From contig CM082578.2 in the NCBI GenBank assembly GCA_040954595.2, positions 10,299,166-10,363,165 on the forward strand: a DNA stretch of 64,000 bases, given 5' to 3'. Made by a program: the position numbers and the translations under genes. Within the stretch, counting starts at the first letter, position 1, and each line of letters begins with the position of its first letter. This stretch comes from Balanoglossus misakiensis. Lineage: Eukaryota > Animalia > Hemichordata. The notes beneath the pieces are model-generated. The model was not told where the DNA came from. It saw only the letters and a program-made list of their open reading frames with translations, and searched no databases. Below are positions 60,901 to 64,000 of the stretch, piece after piece.

Positions 60901-63569
60901 AACTTGGCGATATGAGGTAACGCACGTATTTCTGCAAAAATAATACCAACACGCGTGGTGACTTGTGCGAATCATCCGGTAAAAGCTAACGACAATGCGA
61001 ATTTGTGGTAAAATGAGTGAGTACTTTGCGGCTTTTTAACTGTGAAGCGCATGCGCATCATCGCTGCAGAATCAACAGGTGGTACATGTATTTGGTTTTA
61101 TGTATTTTCCGTCTTTACGACATGCATTTAGAACAAGTGTCCGTTGGAACTCATTCGTTTTAATTGGTGAAGAAAACGGCTTGCGGAAAATTGCCAGAAA
61201 CAGTATATTTCCATTTTTGTCGAAAATGATCTCCGAGTGACAAAGGTAGGCGTTCCTTTGATGTTGACAAATCATATACGAACTGTGTGTTTTCTTATTG
61301 GGCTGATTCCACTGGAAAGAGCGTGGAGTGTTGTTGGAACTGTTCTATATCATCACCGGCCTCGTTACCCGGTTACCGTTGCCGGACAACTGTATACGAA
61401 CCTCTAGCATCCCGTAGGTTGACGACCTCCACAGCATGTACGCGGTGAAGAAGTGAGCGTTGTAGGCAGAGTCCCAAGGGAGGTACTGGTCCTCCTGACG
61501 GAGGTACTCCATCAATTCGAAGGCGATCACGTGATCCAGGTGATGAGACTGGCCCAGAAAGAGCGCGTCATTGAGCAGATGGGACCGGCTCCGAAGGGGA
61601 ATAACCTTTAAAAGATTAAACACGTAGGGTATTTAAGTCTTCCTTTAAATCGCAGTATTATCTTATTAATTAGGCTGGTTGCCAAGGCAGCTTGACTCGT
61701 CAAAAGGCTTGGAGACACATGCTCAGTGTTGAGAATCCCGAGTCGCGGCAAAGAGTGATCTACTGCCTTTCAGCGGAATTGCCATTCTCACCTCAAAGGA
61801 GTCGTTGAGTTGTTTGGCTAATCTTCTCCAGTTTTCGAGGTCATAGTTGACCCGGATGTAGGCTGTTTGGTTGATATTGGCCAGGTACCAATCGTCTTCT
61901 TGTATTCCTTCAAAACTCAGCTCAGCTGTGTGTCAGACGGAACAATAAAAAGGGGAAACGATCATTCGATGTGAAACCCACGCACAAATCCGAGTTGCAA
62001 CGTGTCGCACGCTGCTGCTTTTAACTGTCATTTGGTGAATGATTTTGTGAAAAGGTTTGTCTCGGTCTATAAGCTCATCGCTTCCTGCAGTTGGCGGCTA
62101 CCCGTGAGCACCATGTGTTCCATTGGTGGAGATGCACAAAACAGATGTCATTCAGTGGGGCGAACGGTATTTCATAGATGCAGACGTGGTCCTTACTGGT
62201 TGAAAATAAAGCATATTTCAAAGGTTTGAATTGGTAGTTTGAAGTTAATTTGTTTTGAGGCTTTACTTAAATGTAACGATGCGACACTCTAGATATTAGC
62301 CATAATATTCATATCATCGGATTTGGCATAGCTGGCGTTGTCTTTGTGTTTTGGACGTATCTCTTTGTCTCCGGGGCCTTGTTGTTTCAAACTCGAAGAG
62401 GATGACAAGCGTGAGAAGTGGCTCTCTGGGGGTACGACGTTGATTGCGCCGAAATTGCTTCAGAACTTGTCACCTACCGGACTCCATGTTCATCCATGAT
62501 GCAGTGGGGTTATCGTAGTTCTGTTCGCTCTTGTGAGAATAGGTCAGTGGAATGTACCATTTGTACCTGGGGTGACGTGATAGAGAAAAGCTAGAGATCA
62601 ATATTATATTATACTTTCGATGACAAGGATTTTTTTTTCACTGAATACGTGATCTGCAGATACCATGACACTAATTTCTGTAGATCAAGTATAAGTGAGG
62701 GGGCGAAGATGACTTCGCCGGCAGTTCGAGGTGAGATACATAATTATTTCTTTTGGGTGTTCCGGGTCAAAGGTTCTATTAACACGTAAACAAAGGGATG
62801 ATGTCCCAGCTGTAAGTAGACTGACCTATAGAGTAGACTGACTGGGCGTTTTGCCACGGAGTCACTTAAACTTTTGCCGTAATCATTGTAATACAAAGGG
62901 CATTTTGTCCGGAGCGAATGCATATATTGATGGCAAATATGTCGCTTTTCGGGGGTCACAGTATACATGCATCAAAATGTTGATTTGTTGACATACCCTA
63001 GATTAGTGTATTCGTCGTCGTGCGGCTCATCAAACGGATACAAGAGATAGTGTTGTTGGTCCGCCGTGGCCTCTGTATGGTCATCCGCGTGTCTGCTGAT
63101 GGTGACCACAGGGAAGCCCATCTGAAGCGTCCAGGTATCCATGATGCGTTTGACGTCATAAGAATGCCCCGGGGTCTGTCGACATAATCAGAAATTGGCA
63201 TGGCTTCTTTAAATGCAAAAAATCCATAACGTCGGGCTTTAACAGGACTGAAAGTGCAGTAAATATTGGCACCATTTCAAAGACACATTTCTAAATTAAA
63301 GTGGGTCATATTGCTAATCAGCACTTTGTTTGTCTGATAAGGGTTTCAAATTCTAGTAGCGACAAAGACATCACTTGAACACCGTCCAAAACATTATCTA
63401 GCTCGACTTCGCTGCCAAAATGCCAGCATTTTAATACCTCGGTCATGGATCGCCAAAGTTCGTCGCTGTGTGCGTTGTCGAATAAGTACTCGTTGAGATA
63501 ATTGGTGAAACCCTGCATCATCGTCTCTTCTCCGAGGAAAGACTTCATCATCATGATGATAGCAGCACC
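57986..63569 (-). CDS. ANPEP-like: Aminopeptidase N-like M1 peptidase, paralog E, exons 7-17 (5' part beyond the right edge of the window)
   Basis: Minus-strand GT-AG exons 63569-63438, 63175-62997, 62566-62478, 61925-61792, 61605-61402, 60931-60843, 60722-60609, 60338-60177, 59461-59324, 58645-58573, 58144-57986 (TAA). Peptides [60 protein letters not shown]. Same intron phases as B-D. Confidence 0.92.
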
Positions 63570-64000
63570 CTTGATGAGAAGGAACCAGAGTGTTATCGGT
63601 TAAAGGAAGATTGCTGTGACGATTGACACGCTGTTTTCAGAATGTATGTTCAATGCATCAGTAAGTTTTTAATGCAGTTAGGTGTAGTATATTCCTAGTA
63701 CGCCTTTTACCACTAGTATTTTAAACATTGATTTTATTGACTTGTAAATTTGAGTACGGACTGAATTAAGGCCTGGGATTAAATTCATTAGATGGTGTTG
63801 GTCGATTTGATTTGCAGGGTCATGGCAGTGAATCACTCAGCGTCTTGAGGAGTGTGGCACTATCCATTGCAGGAAGGGATGAGTTTCTGCGTAACCATGG
63901 CAGCTATTGGAATATACCTTTCCCTGTGACCGACTGCACTATGAACAAATCTTGAATTCGACATTCCGTAGTTAGGTCCGTGCTTATTTTGGGCCAGGCG

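Noticed and set aside
63918-64000. Possible exon 6 of gene E ending in AAG|gtat on the minus strand
   Set aside because: The required frame has a stop and lacks the Y-x-K motif; the true exon must lie outside the window.

Overview
Eukaryotic, intron-containing animal DNA; invertebrate origin is inferred only. The window has two parts. (1) Bases 1-~24.8 kb are a giant composite repeat: a 5.2-kb degenerate (TG)n/TGGG tract, ~1.3 inverted copies of an 88-bp unit, ~217 direct copies of that AT-rich unit (~19 kb), then (TATG)n, pure (TG)n and a short unique tail. (2) Bases ~25-64 kb hold a tandem cluster of five M1-family zinc aminopeptidase (aminopeptidase N-like) paralogs with a shared 17-coding-exon structure. 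These are the 3' part of gene A, complete genes B, C and D on +, and the 3' part of gene E on -, convergent with D. I built the exon chains by hand, and B, C and D stay in frame (about 970, 971 and 955 aa). The repeat block lies where intron 12 of gene A is expected. The paralogs differ at functionally important sites: an 8-aa deletion before the catalytic Tyr in B and C, GAMEN changed to TGMEN in D, and a shortened membrane anchor, loss of a Cys pair and a GC-AG intron in B. Intron 15 of D carries a ~5-kb insertion with a ~128-bp minisatellite and traces of its own transcription units. Long ORFs in the repeats are artefacts. No RNA genes or CRISPR arrays were seen.
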